From an uncultured Planctomycetaceae bacterium (lineage in GTDB: Bacteria; Planctomycetota; Planctomycetia; Isosphaerales; Isosphaeraceae): DNA of 64,000 bases. A program made the translations under genes and the position numbers. This document shows positions 47,466 to 59,242 of the stretch, piece by piece (positions within the stretch are counted from its first letter, which is position 1; the number at the start of each line of letters is the position of its first letter). The notes beneath the pieces were generated by a model. It had not been told where the DNA came from, searched no databases, and worked only from the letters and a program-made list of their open reading frames with translations. The stretch covers positions 2,304,001 to 2,368,000 of the forward strand of contig CAWIAD010000001.1 in the NCBI GenBank assembly GCA_963833985.1, read 5' to 3'.

Positions 47466-48413
47466 TCAATGACTGGTGGTGGAGAGCCCGGGATCGCTTT
47501 GCGCCACCACGTTGATGATCAGGCAGGTCACGTTGTCTTTGGAATCGTTGTCCAGGGCCATGTCCTTGAGCATCACCGCGGCCTGCTGCGGATCACTGAC
47601 AGTGCACAGCACCCTGGCCAGCTCGTCGTCGGGAACAACCCCGGTGAGCCCGTCGCTGGCCAGCAGGAAGCGGTCACCGGGCCGGACGTCGAGTACGCGG
47701 AAATCTTCCGGGCCGCTTCGCGCATCCTTGCTCCCCAGGTAGAGGTACAGGACGTTCTTGAACTTGTGGGTCGCCAGCTCTTCCTTGGTGATCGTGCCCG
47801 CGTCCAGCAGCGCATCGGCCAGCGAGTGGTCCCTGGTCAACTGCTCAAGCTTGCTATCACGCAGGCGATACGCCCGGGAGTCACCGATGCCGGCGACGAA
47901 CACGCGATCCTGGCGGAACTGGGCCAGGACCACGGTCGTGCCCATATTGGAGTACTCGGTCACCAGCCCGGAGCTGCCGAGGATCTCCGAGTTGACCTCG
48001 GCAACGGCCTCGCGGATCGCGTCCTGGATGTGCCGCGGCTCCTTCTCCTCGCCCGCAAGGCGCCTGGCGATCGCCCTGGGAATGAGCTCGACGGCCATCA
48101 GGCTGGCCTTCTCGCCGGCTTGCTGACCGCCCATGCCGTCCGCCACGATGAACAGATTCTCGGGCTCCATGGTCATGGCCGGCGTCTCGGCGCTGCCGTC
48201 GGAGACGTCGGGCCGGACCGGGCGCCTGCCGGGCACATAATAGTTGTCCTCGTTGTGCTCGCGATAATTGCCGCGCACCGACACCACGCCCACCTTGAGC
48301 TTCAACTGGCCGGGCAGGAGAGTCAGCGACGACATGGTGGCGAACTCGTCCGTGGCGTCCACGTCGACACCCGCGGAGCCGAATCGGAGCAGCCACTTCC
48401 AGAACGCCTTCAT
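47466..48413 (-). CDS. PP2C-family Ser/Thr phosphatase
   Basis: REHNED, VADGMGG, MGTT, GDSRAY, LASDGL, DNVT. Confidence 0.95.
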   Translation of the reverse strand: MKAFWKWLLRFGSAGVDVDATDEFATMSSLTLLPGQLKLKVGVVSVRGNYREHNEDNYYVPGRRPVRPDVSDGSAETPAMTMEPENLFIVADGMGGQQAGEKASLMAVELIPRAIARRLAGEEKEPRHIQDAIREAVAEVNSEILGSSGLVTEYSNMGTTVVLAQFRQDRVFVAGIGDSRAYRLRDSKLEQLTRDHSLADALLDAGTITKEELATHKFKNVLYLYLGSKDARSGPEDFRVLDVRPGDRFLLASDGLTGVVPDDELARVLCTVSDPQQAAVMLKDMALDNDSKDNVTCLIINVVAQSDPGLSTTSH

Positions 48414-48627
48414 CTTTGAGATCAGCCCTGATATCCAGCTCACCGCGACTGCCTTCTTTCGTCCCGAACCTGAAAACCGCACAACCGACCGAGCGGATCG
48501 GCAGGGGGCCCAGGCAACGATGCCCTCCAGCTCCATAAGCGGCTCCAGGAACGGAGCCTGCCCACCCTCCGGCGAATCAGCACCCAAGGGCTAACGGCGT
48601 TCCCCCCTGCCGGTCCACTGGCCGGCA

Positions 48628-49374
48628 CTAGCTGCGTGCATGCGCGGGACTAGCCCAGCGCATCAGGTCATCAACCCCCACCGAGCGATACGTCAGGAAC
48701 AGCTCGCCCGCCTCGAACCCCGCGGTCAGGCCGTGATAACGGTTCATCGTCTCGACCGCGCGGAACAGGCCCGCCTTGGTTTCCGGGAACTGTGTCTGGT
48801 ACACGCGGATGGCTTCCAGCTTCACCTCCAGCGTGGGGCCGATGTCGGCCACGATATACCCGGAAGCTTCTGGCAAGTCTAACCCATGCAAGGCGATCGG
48901 AAAACTGAGCTGATTGGAGATCACGTGCGGGCTGTGACCGTCGAAGTGCTCGTCCCATTTGGTCAGGCGGCTGTAGAACACCGCCGCGTCGGTGATCAGC
49001 ATGGCCTGGTAGTGGTCCGGCGAGGCGAGGACCGTCTTGCCGCCAAAACCAAGCACGACCTTGGGACGGTAAGTGCGAAAAACCTTGGCCAGCGCCACGC
49101 GTGCCTCGAACGAGTCGAAGAGGCGACGGTTGGGCAGGTTCAGGTTGAGCCGTACGGGCACACCCAGGATGCTGGCCGCCCGCTGGGCCTCCGCCAGCCG
49201 GACATCCGGGCCTGGCGAGCCGGGAGTCGGCTCGCCGTCGGTCAGATCCACGATGCCAACCTGGTACCCCTTGCGCACCAGGCGCGCCAGCGTTCCTCCG
49301 CAGGCGATCTCCACATCGTCGGGATGGGCCCCGACCGCGATCAGATCGAGTTCCCGCTCTGCCTGAATGGCCAT
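48628..49374 (-). CDS. PIG-L/LmbE-family N-deacetylase (BshB1-like)
   Basis: [22 protein letters not shown]. Confidence 0.9.
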   Translation of the reverse strand: MAIQAERELDLIAVGAHPDDVEIACGGTLARLVRKGYQVGIVDLTDGEPTPGSPGPDVRLAEAQRAASILGVPVRLNLNLPNRRLFDSFEARVALAKVFRTYRPKVVLGFGGKTVLASPDHYQAMLITDAAVFYSRLTKWDEHFDGHSPHVISNQLSFPIALHGLDLPEASGYIVADIGPTLEVKLEAIRVYQTQFPETKAGLFRAVETMNRYHGLTAGFEAGELFLTYRSVGVDDLMRWASPAHARS

Positions 49375-49581
49375 ACGCTAGCACACCCCCGCCGGTGCGG
49401 CATGCCCCGAACTTCCGATCCAAGATGATAGATCGCCGGGTCGTGCACTCACAATATGCGTGTCGTCAGGTTTTTTGTAATCGCGGCAAGCTCCATTGCT
49501 GACTTGGGTTTCGTCCCTTTCTCGTCCATTCGCGGAAATGGGCTCGGGCTTCGAACCCACCCCTGGAATCTCGCGATTTTC

Positions 49582-50612
49582 TCAGGGATTCGCCGCGGGG
49601 CAGCCCTGGCAGGGGGGGGGCCCGTCCCCGGTGGCCGAACACGGTGGCGCGGCCGTCGCCGCGTCAGGCGTGCACCCCGCCTCGGGCGGGCAGGGCAGAA
49701 GCCATTCCCCGAGCGAGCGTGCCAGCAACTCGGCATGGGTGACATGTGGTATATGGCCGACGGTCGGCAAGAGCAAGCTCTCGGATTGCGGCAGGGCGGC
49801 TCTCAGCTCCTCGAAGTATCGGAAGGGCACGATCCGGTCGTCGCGGCCTTGCACCAGCAAGAGACGGGTGGCGATCCTGTCCAGTTCAGGCCGCAGGTCC
49901 AGTCGCGTCAAAAGCGCGGTGCGGTGCGCCAGGGCGCGGATTGGCGTGCGGCCGTTCTCCTCAAGGTAGATGGGCCAGCGGTCCTCGAGAACCCGTGGGA
50001 AATCGAGCTTGCTGTTGTACGTCAACACGCGCTGCGCAGGGGGAGGCGGACCGCGGTCCCGGGCACCCGGCGGCCCAGGAACAGGGCCGCCCGCTCGGCC
50101 GCCGTGAACCGGCGGTGCGTGAAAGCTCCCTGCACGACGGCCGCGGCAAAACGCCCGGACGCCCGCGCCAGCGCCTTGAGGGCGATCGTCGAGCCGAACG
50201 AAATTCCCGCCAGGTACACCTGCTCGACGCCCAGGTGGTCGAGCAGGCCCAGCAGATCGTCCGCCAGGTGATCGTGAGTGATCCGGGAAAGCCGGGCACC
50301 GTCGCCGGGACGGTCGCCGGGATACTCGTACTGGACCGTCTGGAACCGCTCCGCCAGGCGGTTCAGCACCAGCGCGTGAATGCGATAGGTCGAGGCGATT
50401 CCGGGAATCCAGACGAGGAGCGGGCCTGCTCCGAGCGAGCGGTAGGTCATCCGGTAGCGCGGACCGTGCCATTCTGCGACCTCGGCGCGGGCGTCGTACT
50501 GGCTGATCTCGCGACGGAAGTTCGCCGGCGGTTGACAGCAGCCCGCCGGGGGAACCGGGCCAGGCTCAGCGGAATCTGCGGGCGTGGATTCGAGCGCGGG
50601 TTCGGTGCTCAT
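49582..50612 (-). CDS. Alpha/beta hydrolase; frameshift near 50030
   Basis: GISFG nucleophile elbow, QGRDDRIVP and GHIPH across two frames. Confidence 0.82.
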
Positions 50613-50618
50613 AGGACT

Positions 50619-51887
50619 TCAGGTCACAGGGGCGGGCGTGCGCCCCGGCTCCGGGGTGTGAAAGACCATGCTGGCAAAGCTCACGCAGCACGACCGGCGG
50701 TCGTCGAGGGCCTGTTCATACCGCAGCAGCGTGCCGGCGGCCGGGCCCATCGCGTGCAGCATGGTGTACGTGGCCGCCAGGCCGCACACCCGGTAGCGAT
50801 TCCCCACGGCAGCCGCCGTCTGGAACCACAGTGCCGGATCGGCGGAGCCGGCGTGCTGGAGTAACTGGCCGTCGAACTGGCGGATGGTCTTCTGCAACGC
50901 GCCGTCGACCGGGTCCGTGTCGCCGAACTCCGGCCCGACGTGACAGAGATCGATTCCGCCGATGTACGCGACCTTCTTGCCGCTGGCGGCCTCCGCGGTC
51001 CCGAGCGCCTCGACGAACCGTGCCACCTGCGGATCGTCGATGGGCTCGATGCCGCCGTCCATGAGATCCTGAAACGACCCGACGAGGATGGGCACAATCG
51101 TCAGCGACCGCCCCGGACCGAGCACGGATTGCAGCCAGACCACCTGGAACTCGATGGAATGTTCCGCCCGGTGCACCAGCTCGTCATCGAACAGTTCCGC
51201 ACCGGCACCGGCCGCGATGCGCTCGACGTAGGTGCGGTCGGTGGACGCGACACCGAGGGGCGTCTCGAAGTCCTTCAATGTCAGGGCGAACCGCCGCCGG
51301 CAGTACTGGTGCGCAACGCCGACGATCACGAAAATGTCGATGTCGGCCTGGCTGGCCAGCTCGCGGTACGACCAGGTGTAAACCGTCCCGCCCCGGCGGA
51401 AGTCGATATGTGGGCTGAGCACCCCGCGCAGTCGTTTGGGCGGGCAGGGCGGGTCGACCGCGGCCGTCCCCGCTCCCCCAGCGGCGTGGAAATAGCCGCT
51501 GACCTGTTCTCGCAGGGCGGCCGGCTCGGCCGGGTACGACCGCCCCGCGAGCGCCGCGGTGCGTACACTCTGCTCGCGGAAGGCATCCCGGAACGAGGCG
51601 AACGTGGGCCCGTCGAGCACCATCGCCCGATCGAGGTCGGCGACCAGCCGCTCCAGAACCTCGCCGCCCAGCCGAAATCCGCTCTCTTGCTGTACGCGCG
51701 AAGGTATCTCGGCAAGCGTGTTCTGGCCGTCAAAATGCCGGCAAATGTGCAGGAAGGCCTCGAGCGGAACGAGCACAGGGCTGGTGAAGGCCCCCAGGGG
51801 GTCGTGCAGGAGGGCAAAGGAACGACCTTCATGGTCGTATCGCGAGGCAGACAAGTATCGCAGCTTGGGTCGATCCAGAGTCGTCAT
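50619..51887 (-). CDS. amrB: AmmeMemoRadiSam system protein B (MEMO1 family) with an N-terminal extension
   Basis: AGRSYP, SPHIDFRRGG, FETPLG, EHSIEFQ, DLCHVG, VCG. Confidence 0.9.
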   Translation of the reverse strand: MTTLDRPKLRYLSASRYDHEGRSFALLHDPLGAFTSPVLVPLEAFLHICRHFDGQNTLAEIPSRVQQESGFRLGGEVLERLVADLDRAMVLDGPTFASFRDAFREQSVRTAALAGRSYPAEPAALREQVSGYFHAAGGAGTAAVDPPCPPKRLRGVLSPHIDFRRGGTVYTWSYRELASQADIDIFVIVGVAHQYCRRRFALTLKDFETPLGVASTDRTYVERIAAGAGAELFDDELVHRAEHSIEFQVVWLQSVLGPGRSLTIVPILVGSFQDLMDGGIEPIDDPQVARFVEALGTAEAASGKKVAYIGGIDLCHVGPEFGDTDPVDGALQKTIRQFDGQLLQHAGSADPALWFQTAAAVGNRYRVCGLAATYTMLHAMGPAAGTLLRYEQALDDRRSCCVSFASMVFHTPEPGRTPAPVT

Positions 51888-52692
51888 GGAAACCGCAAAG
51901 GACGATCAGCGAGGGCCGGTCATGACCAGAAACACGGTCATCCCATTCTTCGCCGGTCGCATCTCCCGGTCAAGCCAGACGGCGCGGACCGCGCGGAGGG
52001 TTCGAGATCAGGGGCAGCGGCCAGGCAGGAGGAGCAATTTCACGGATTGGCTGAGGATGCATGGGAAAATCCTCCTTTCAAGGAGTCAACGCAACTCTCC
52101 AGCGTGCCAAGACGGGCAGCGTCCGTTCTCCACGAAGGAGGTCAATTGCAATTACCATGCCACGTCCCGGATCGGGCCTTCCCGGGACTGGGGGATCGGA
52201 ACGGCCTCGAACCCGGTCGTCTTGACAGGCGGACTGAGCGGCCCCTCTGGCCTGACGCGGAGGCAGCCATTCCATACCACCCCGCAGTGCCCGCGAGAAT
52301 GGCCGCAAGTCTTTGCGGGTCAAGAGAAAAGGCGTCGTTAGCGCGCTCGCCGTGCCTCCCTCGCTGGGCGGGTGCCCTGAAAGCTCGTGACCCGAGCGTG
52401 CTGAGACAATGCCCAGGAGGCCGCGGGTGGCTTGCGTCCCTGACTGTGGCGAGCATGCCTTGCGGTCCTGCGGCCCTGCCTGAAAAACCGACAAACGGCA
52501 CCACGAACAGAGCATTCGACAGGACGGCCGAAACACCGGCGTGCCGGCAAACCGGATCAGGGGATGCTCTGGCGGGAATCCTCCAGGTTTGCTAGGGTGC
52601 CGGCGGAATTCGGGGCGGTCGTCGATCCGACTCGCGTCCCGCGGGTGCAGAGGTGAAGAAGCTCGGGCAAGGAGCACGGAGGTCGATTGCCC

Positions 52693-53645
52693 ATGCCACG
52701 GCGAACCACGATCATCACTGGCTTTTTCCTGGCGTTCTGGTCGATGTCGGCCGCATGGTCGGCCGCCCAGTCGACCGCCGCGCGTGCTCCGGTCAGCGAG
52801 AGCCCCGCGCAGGGTGTGGCCGAGGCGCCGGGGGGCAACCCCGCCCGGCCGGACCCGCCGCACCCAGGGTCGATATCAACTGGCTGCTCGAGAAGTGGGA
52901 GCAGCAGAGTTCGCTCCTGAGGACGCTGGACGTGCGGATTTTGCGGATCGACGACAACCCGGCCTGGGGCGAGGTCGAGTACTACAGCGGGCGCGCCCTC
53001 TTCCAGAGCCCGAACCTGGCCTTCATCAACTTCGACAAGATCAAGCTGGACGACAAGAAGCGGCCGATGCGGGACCCCAGGAACAAGGACGCCTGGCTGA
53101 CCACGCAGGACGAGCGGATCCTCTGCACCGGCAACGAGGTCTGGCAATACAAGAGCGACACCCAGCAGGTCTTCATCTTCCCTCTGAACAAGGACGAGAA
53201 GGCGAAGGCCATGGAGGAGGGCCCTCTGCCTTTCCTCTTCAACATGTGCGCCGACGACGCCCGCAGGCGGTACCAGATGAAGCTCATCAGCCAGGACGCC
53301 AAGAGCTTCGGCGTGAGCATCATTCCGAAGCTGCCCGAGGACCAGGGAAGCTTCAGCGTGGCCTTCGTGAACCTGGACCGCAAGTATCTCCTGCCGGTCC
53401 GGATCGTGATGAAGTCGCCGGATGGCAAGAGCACCAAGGACTACCAGTTGCCGGCGAAGGACATTCGGGCCAACTTCCCGATCAACCCGGAGAACTTCAA
53501 GGGGAAGGTCCTCGGCCCGCCCTGGAAGATTGTCCGCAACCCCGGAGCGGACGACGCGCCGGGTACGGAACCGGCCCGGGGACGGAGAAACCCGCCGGCG
53601 CAGCCCTCGGCCGCCCGTCCCCGCCAGGGGTCCATCGGCCGCTGA
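52693..53645 (+). CDS. LolA-like exported protein (planctomycete TIGR03009-like); frameshift near 52835
   Basis: Signal peptide in one frame, then LLEKWEQQS..ILCTGNEVWQY..EEGPLPFLF..YLLPVRI. Confidence 0.7.
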
Positions 53646-53923
53646 GCGAGCGGCCAGGGCCCGGTCCGCTCCCCCGCAGTCCTGACGCCAGAGGCGATGC
53701 CGCCTTGCCTTGAAGCCGGCAACGGCGCCGTTTGACGCTTCTCCTGCGCCCGTCTATAATCACCTGGCGGCTGGCGGCTTGGCTCCTTCCGTCCCCGCAT
53801 CAAGGCCCGTTCCGAAGACCTTGTTCGATCGGTTTTCTCCCATCGAGCCGGCCGCTTGACTCACCGGCCAGAATGGTTTTGGATCTTGAGCCGCGACCGA
53901 CTCTCGGAGGGAGCCCAACTTCC

Positions 53924-56128
53924 ATGACTTGCCCCAGTGCGCTGCGTTTCGGGTCGGCTGCGATCTCGTTCCTCATCATTCTGCTCTCGCTGGCACCGGC
54001 CGTTGCTCAGGCTCCCCAGGCCCCTGAGGCCATCCCCGGCCAGTTCTTCACGATCACCGAGCCGATCACCAACGAGACCATCGAGCATATCCGCGCGGCC
54101 ACGCGCCAGCTTGTTGATCAGAACGCCGGCGGCGCCAGGGCCAAGAGCCCGATCCTGGTCTTCGAGTTCCTTCCCGGCGAGTCCGCCCCTGGCACCAGCC
54201 GGATCGGCACCTCGTTCGACCTGGCGAACCTGATCTCCAAGGAACTGGGCGGTGCGCGGCTGACCGTGGCCTATGTCCCGCAGCCGCTTACCGGATACGC
54301 CGTGCTGCCAGCCCTGGCGTGCTCCGAGATCGTCATGGGGTCGACAGCCAGCCTGGGGCCAATCACCCCGGACAACCAGTCGTTCGACCCGGCGTTCCGC
54401 GAGCCCGTGCGGTTTCTCGCCGTGCGCAAGACCCGTGACCCGGACCTGCTCTTGGGCATGCTCGACCGCGATGCCGATCTCAGGCTGGTGCACACCGCCG
54501 ACCGGGCACTGCACTACGTGCTGGCCGAAAACCTGGAGGAGTTCCGCAAGACCCATCAGGTCGTGGACGAGCAGCCAGCCTGGGAGGGAGGCCAGCGCGG
54601 CGTCCTGGCGGCGCGGCGGGCCCGGGCTGAGGGCTTCAGCAAGGCGCTGGCCGAGAACGCATCCGAGGTCGCCCACATCTACCAGATCGGCGCCCAGTCG
54701 GCCGTCGAGGACCCCACGCTGGGCCAGGCCCTGCGGCCGATCTGGATCAAGATCACGGGGCTCATCGACACCACCAAGGTGGGCTACCTCACCAGGCGCA
54801 TCGAGCAGGCGCGGCAAGAGCGCGTGAACCTCATCTTCTTCCAGATCGATAGTCCCGGTGGACTGGATTCGGCGGCTGACAGCATCGCCGACCAGATTGC
54901 CGGCATCACGGACATGAAGACCGTCGCGTACATCGAGGACCGCGCCCTGGGCGTGGCGGCACTGCTGCCGCTGGCCTGCCGCGATATCGTCTTCAAGAAG
55001 TCCGCCCGCATGGGCGAGCTGCGTCAGATCATCGTCGGCCGCAACAACCACCTGCAAGACCTGAGCGACGCTCAGGTTCAGGTGCTCACGAAGAAGGCAG
55101 CCTTCCTGGCCGGCAAGAAGGGGCATCCCGAGGCCGTGGCGCGGGCGATGGTGGACCCCGCGGCGGAGGTCGTCGAGGCGCGGGACGCCCAGACAGGCGC
55201 CATGCGCCTGCTGCTCAGGGAAGAGGTCGAGGCCGACCGGGGGCGGTTCCAGGCAGTGGAGGTGCGCAAGGCGCCCGGGAACAACCTGGTCATGACCGGC
55301 GACGAGGCGGCCTCGTACGGCATGGGGCAGGTTGTCAACGGCGAGGAAGACTTGAAGGGGCTCTACGGGCTGCGCGGCAAGATGATCAAGGTCGACGGCC
55401 CGGGATGGGTCGATTCACTGGTCACCATTCTGACCGACCCTTACGTGAGCTGGATGCTTCTGTTCGTCGGCCTCTTCATGCTCGTGATCGAGCTCAAGCT
55501 CCCCGGCATCGGCCTGCCGGCGATCACCTCCGCACTGGCGTTCCTGCTCTTCTTCTGGAGCCATTACCTGAGCGGTACCGCCGACCAGCTCGAGATCATC
55601 CTCTTCCTGGTCGGTATGGTCTGCCTGGCGCTCGAGCTCTTCGTCTTCCCCGGGTTCGGCATCTTCGGGATGAGCGGCATCCTGCTCATGCTCTGTAGCA
55701 TTGTCATGGCCAGCCACACGTTTGTCTGGCCAACGCAGGAATACGAGTACCGCGAAATGGGGTTCACGCTGATCCAGCTCACGCTTGCACTCGTGGCCGT
55801 CGCCGGCGGCGCCGCAGTCCTCGCTCGCTACCTGCCGTCGCTGCCGTTCTTGAACCGCCTGGTCCTCAAGCCCGAGCCCTGGACACCGGTCGACAACCCT
55901 GAGACCTCGGAGTCGCTCGCCAAGCCGGGTCTGGAAGGCTACGAGTCGCTGGCCTTCCTGATCGGCGAGACCGGCCGCACCACCTCGCCCTTGCGGCCCA
56001 CCGGCAAGGCCCGCTTCGGCAACATGCTGATCGACGTCACCGCCGATGGTTTCTACGTCGAGACCGATTCGCTCGTCGAGGTGGTCGACGTGCAGGGGAC
56101 CAAGGTCATCGTCAAGCAGCTCGCATGA
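53924..56128 (+). CDS. Long NfeD-family protein: two ClpP/crotonase-like domains, a membrane domain and an OB fold
   Basis: IDSPGG, TVAYI, IELKLPGIG, ELFVFPGFGIFG, GRTTSPLRPTGKARF. Confidence 0.9.
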   Translation: MTCPSALRFGSAAISFLIILLSLAPAVAQAPQAPEAIPGQFFTITEPITNETIEHIRAATRQLVDQNAGGARAKSPILVFEFLPGESAPGTSRIGTSFDLANLISKELGGARLTVAYVPQPLTGYAVLPALACSEIVMGSTASLGPITPDNQSFDPAFREPVRFLAVRKTRDPDLLLGMLDRDADLRLVHTADRALHYVLAENLEEFRKTHQVVDEQPAWEGGQRGVLAARRARAEGFSKALAENASEVAHIYQIGAQSAVEDPTLGQALRPIWIKITGLIDTTKVGYLTRRIEQARQERVNLIFFQIDSPGGLDSAADSIADQIAGITDMKTVAYIEDRALGVAALLPLACRDIVFKKSARMGELRQIIVGRNNHLQDLSDAQVQVLTKKAAFLAGKKGHPEAVARAMVDPAAEVVEARDAQTGAMRLLLREEVEADRGRFQAVEVRKAPGNNLVMTGDEAASYGMGQVVNGEEDLKGLYGLRGKMIKVDGPGWVDSLVTILTDPYVSWMLLFVGLFMLVIELKLPGIGLPAITSALAFLLFFWSHYLSGTADQLEIILFLVGMVCLALELFVFPGFGIFGMSGILLMLCSIVMASHTFVWPTQEYEYREMGFTLIQLTLALVAVAGGAAVLARYLPSLPFLNRLVLKPEPWTPVDNPETSESLAKPGLEGYESLAFLIGETGRTTSPLRPTGKARFGNMLIDVTADGFYVETDSLVEVVDVQGTKVIVKQLA

Positions 56129-56378
56129 TCCGGGCCGTTGACCCGCCGCCGGCGGTGGCCCCGCGCCGCCCTCGACCCGCCCTGCGCACTCGCGGGCTGC
56201 CTGGCCGTACCGATCGACCCGGATAAATCCAAACGAGCGCGGCGAATCCAATTGGCGAGCAGCGCGCGAGATTGATTACACTATGTAGAGAAAGTGCGGT
56301 GGCGCGGCAGGGTGCCAGAACGGCGTTTTTTCGCGCCGACCTGGCTTACACCGGCCGATCGTCGGGAAGGTGTGCCCC

Positions 56379-56990
56379 ATGAGCGTCTTGTTCTGGCCTT
56401 CCCTGTTCCTGGTGTTCGGACTCTTGCTGCTGATCCTGGAAGCCTTCATTCCCTCGGGCGGTTTCCTCGGGCTGGGATCGATTGCCTGCCTGGTGCTCAG
56501 CCTCTGGTATGCCTTCTCGCAGTCGCTGGGTCTGGGAACGCTCTTCATGTTGATTGATCTGCTGGCGATACCGCTGTGCGCCGGCCTGGCGTTCTGGCTC
56601 TGGTCCCACACCCCGCTGGGACGCAAGTTCTTCCTCAAGCCGCCGGCGCCCGAGGAGATCGACGTCTCGCACGCGGATCTGCACATTCATTCGCTGGTGG
56701 ATCAGCTTGGCAAGACGATCACTCCGCTGCGGCCTTGCGGCCACGTCGAAATTGACGGCCAGCGCGCGCTCGCGCTGGCCGAGGAGGGTTACTTGCCCGC
56801 CGGAGCGACGGTGCGCGTGCTGCGCGTCCGTTCCGGCCAGCTCGTCGTCCGCGGCCTCCGCGACCCCGCGCCGCAGCCGGTCGAGGAACCTACGAATCCC
56901 TTTGACGTTTCCGGGCCCGTGCCGGGCCCTTCCCCCATAGACATCGACAGAACCGCCGAGGCGGTCTCCATCTTCGAGGATGCTCCATGA
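56379..56990 (+). CDS. Short NfeD-family protein
   Basis: [26 protein letters not shown]. Confidence 0.9.
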   Translation: MSVLFWPSLFLVFGLLLLILEAFIPSGGFLGLGSIACLVLSLWYAFSQSLGLGTLFMLIDLLAIPLCAGLAFWLWSHTPLGRKFFLKPPAPEEIDVSHADLHIHSLVDQLGKTITPLRPCGHVEIDGQRALALAEEGYLPAGATVRVLRVRSGQLVVRGLRDPAPQPVEEPTNPFDVSGPVPGPSPIDIDRTAEAVSIFEDAP

Positions 56991-58066
56991 GTGCTCTGCT
57001 GTTCGCCCAGGTCAATCAGCCACCGACGTCGTGGCCGTCGACAATGTTCTACATGATGATCATCGCCATCGGGCTCATCGCCCTGATGTTCTGTATTTTT
57101 CTGGCGAAGTACTTCAATCTCTGGATCCAGGCCAAGATGACCCAGGCCAACGTGAGCATCTGGGACCTGGTCGGGATGACGTTCCGCAAGGTGAACCCGA
57201 ACATCATCGTCCGCTCCAAGATCATGGCCTACCAGGCGGGGCTCTCGGAAAAGGACGGCGTGACCACGCGGGCGCTCGAAGCGCATTACCTCGCCGGCGG
57301 CAACGTTCCGAACGTCGTCCGCGCGCTCATCGCCGCGAACCGGGCGGATATCCCGCTGTCGTACAAACGGGCGGCCGCGATTGACCTGGCCGGCCGCAAC
57401 GTGCTCGAGGCCGTGCAGACCAGCGTCAACCCCAAGGTCATTCCCTGTCCGGACCCGACCCAGGGCCGCCTCACCATCGACGGCGTCGCCAAGAACGGCA
57501 TCCAGCTCAAGGTGAAGGCCAAGGTAACCGTGCGCACGAACCTCGACCGCCTGGTCGGCGGCGCCACCGACGAGACGATCATCGCCCGCGTCGGCGAGGG
57601 CATCGTGAACGCGATCGGCTCGGCCGATACGCACCTGATGGTGCTCGAAAAGCCGGACTCCATCTCCAAGCGCGTGCTCGAGAAGGGGCTGGACGCCGGC
57701 ACGGCCTACGAGATCCTCTCGATCGACATCGCCGACATCGACGTGGGCGACAACGTGGGCGCGAACCTTCAGGCCCTTCAGGCCGAGGCCGACACCCGCG
57801 TGGCCCGCGCCAAGGCCGAGGAGCGGCGGGCCTTCGCCGTGGCCAAGGAACAAGAGATGATCGCGCATGTGCAGGAGAACCGGGCCAAGGTCGTTCAGGC
57901 CGAGGCCGAGGTTCCCATGGCCATCGCGGAGGCCTTCCGCATGGGCAACCTGGGCATCACCGATTATTACCAGCTTCGCAACGTTCAGGCCGACACGGAG
58001 ATGCGCAGCGCGATCGCCGGCACCGGCAACAATACGAGCCGGCGCGAGCCGGCGGTCACCCCGTGA
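56987..58066 (+). CDS. floA: Flotillin-like protein FloA (YqfA / UPF0365)
   Basis: [63 protein letters not shown]. Confidence 0.95.
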   Translation: MSALLFAQVNQPPTSWPSTMFYMMIIAIGLIALMFCIFLAKYFNLWIQAKMTQANVSIWDLVGMTFRKVNPNIIVRSKIMAYQAGLSEKDGVTTRALEAHYLAGGNVPNVVRALIAANRADIPLSYKRAAAIDLAGRNVLEAVQTSVNPKVIPCPDPTQGRLTIDGVAKNGIQLKVKAKVTVRTNLDRLVGGATDETIIARVGEGIVNAIGSADTHLMVLEKPDSISKRVLEKGLDAGTAYEILSIDIADIDVGDNVGANLQALQAEADTRVARAKAEERRAFAVAKEQEMIAHVQENRAKVVQAEAEVPMAIAEAFRMGNLGITDYYQLRNVQADTEMRSAIAGTGNNTSRREPAVTP

Positions 58067-58127
58067 GCTCGGCTACTGCGCGTGCAATGATGGCCTGGAG
58101 TCGCGGATTGGTGCGGAAGGTGACGCG

Positions 58128-58925
58128 ATGCGCTTCGAGATCCTGATCCAGTTCATTGTGCCTCTCATGTTTCTGGCCATCTGGGCGCTGACGTCGCTCC
58201 TGAATCGCGACGCGCAGCCCCTGCCTCCGCGACCGGGCCGCCCACTCGGCCCCGGCGGTCCCAGGCCGCCGGGCCGCGTGCCGGGCCAGCCGGAACTGCG
58301 CGTGCCGGGCTCCGCGGCCCCCTCCCGCACCGCCGGGCCAGCGCCCGCCCGCCAGGATCTCCAGTCGGCCTGGACCCAGCCACAGGCGCCCGCGCCGGCC
58401 CCGCGCGATCGAGCGGTCCAGCGCATGACCACGAGCAAGGCCGATGGTGCCATCGTCTACATCGAAAACGATCCGGCGCGGCGGAACTCCGCGCGCTCCA
58501 CGTCCGCGGGAAGTGCCGCCCCTCCCTCCTCTTCGGGAATCCGCCCGGCACGTTCCGCCACGCCGCGCAAGGGAGCGCGCGGCCGCTCCATCAACATCGG
58601 CACCGCCACCCCTCAGGGACGCACCGAGCCCAGAACGCAACGGGTGCTCTCGGACCAGGTCAACCAGTCCATGGCCATGCAGCGGAACAAGCCGCTGGAG
58701 ATCACCCCCCTGTTCACCTCGCTGGCCCCGCTGTCATTGCCCCTCTCGCAGTCCTCGGCGGCACCCCAGGCCCACGAGACGAGCGGCGGAGACCGCCCGG
58801 TGTCCATGAGCTCCGAAGCGATCCGGAACCTCCTCTCATCGCCCGCCAGGCTGCGCGAGTTCGCACTCCTGACCGAGGTTTTGCAGCCCCCGGTGGCTTT
58901 GCGCCGGCGCCAGCCGCGCGGCTGA
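58128..58925 (+). CDS. Membrane-anchored Pro/Ser-rich protein, positional analogue of YqfB
   Basis: N-terminal hydrophobic helix, low-complexity linker and C-terminal LREFALLTEVLQPPVALR. Confidence 0.7.
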   Translation: MRFEILIQFIVPLMFLAIWALTSLLNRDAQPLPPRPGRPLGPGGPRPPGRVPGQPELRVPGSAAPSRTAGPAPARQDLQSAWTQPQAPAPAPRDRAVQRMTTSKADGAIVYIENDPARRNSARSTSAGSAAPPSSSGIRPARSATPRKGARGRSINIGTATPQGRTEPRTQRVLSDQVNQSMAMQRNKPLEITPLFTSLAPLSLPLSQSSAAPQAHETSGGDRPVSMSSEAIRNLLSSPARLREFALLTEVLQPPVALRRRQPRG

Positions 58926-59242
58926 CCCGATGCGGAATCGTTCATGACTTCCAGCGGCGAGGAGCGGCGCCATCGCGACATGACGATCGCGCCGGTCGAG
59001 CGGGTTCCGCGCAACGCAGCGCCGCGCGCACCGGGCATCCCTGAAGTGAGCCCTTGCCGCTTGAAGAAAACCGCGCAGCGCGCCGATATCTTGCCTGGAA
59101 ACGAAAGTTACCAAGCACGCCAATGGCCTGGCACCGCTCGAACTTGCAGGGTGGCATCTCCACGGACGGATCGTGCCCTTCTCACCGGGCACACGCTCAA
59201 TCCGCAGATCATCAGTTGACCCACGATTGAGGGAGATGCACG

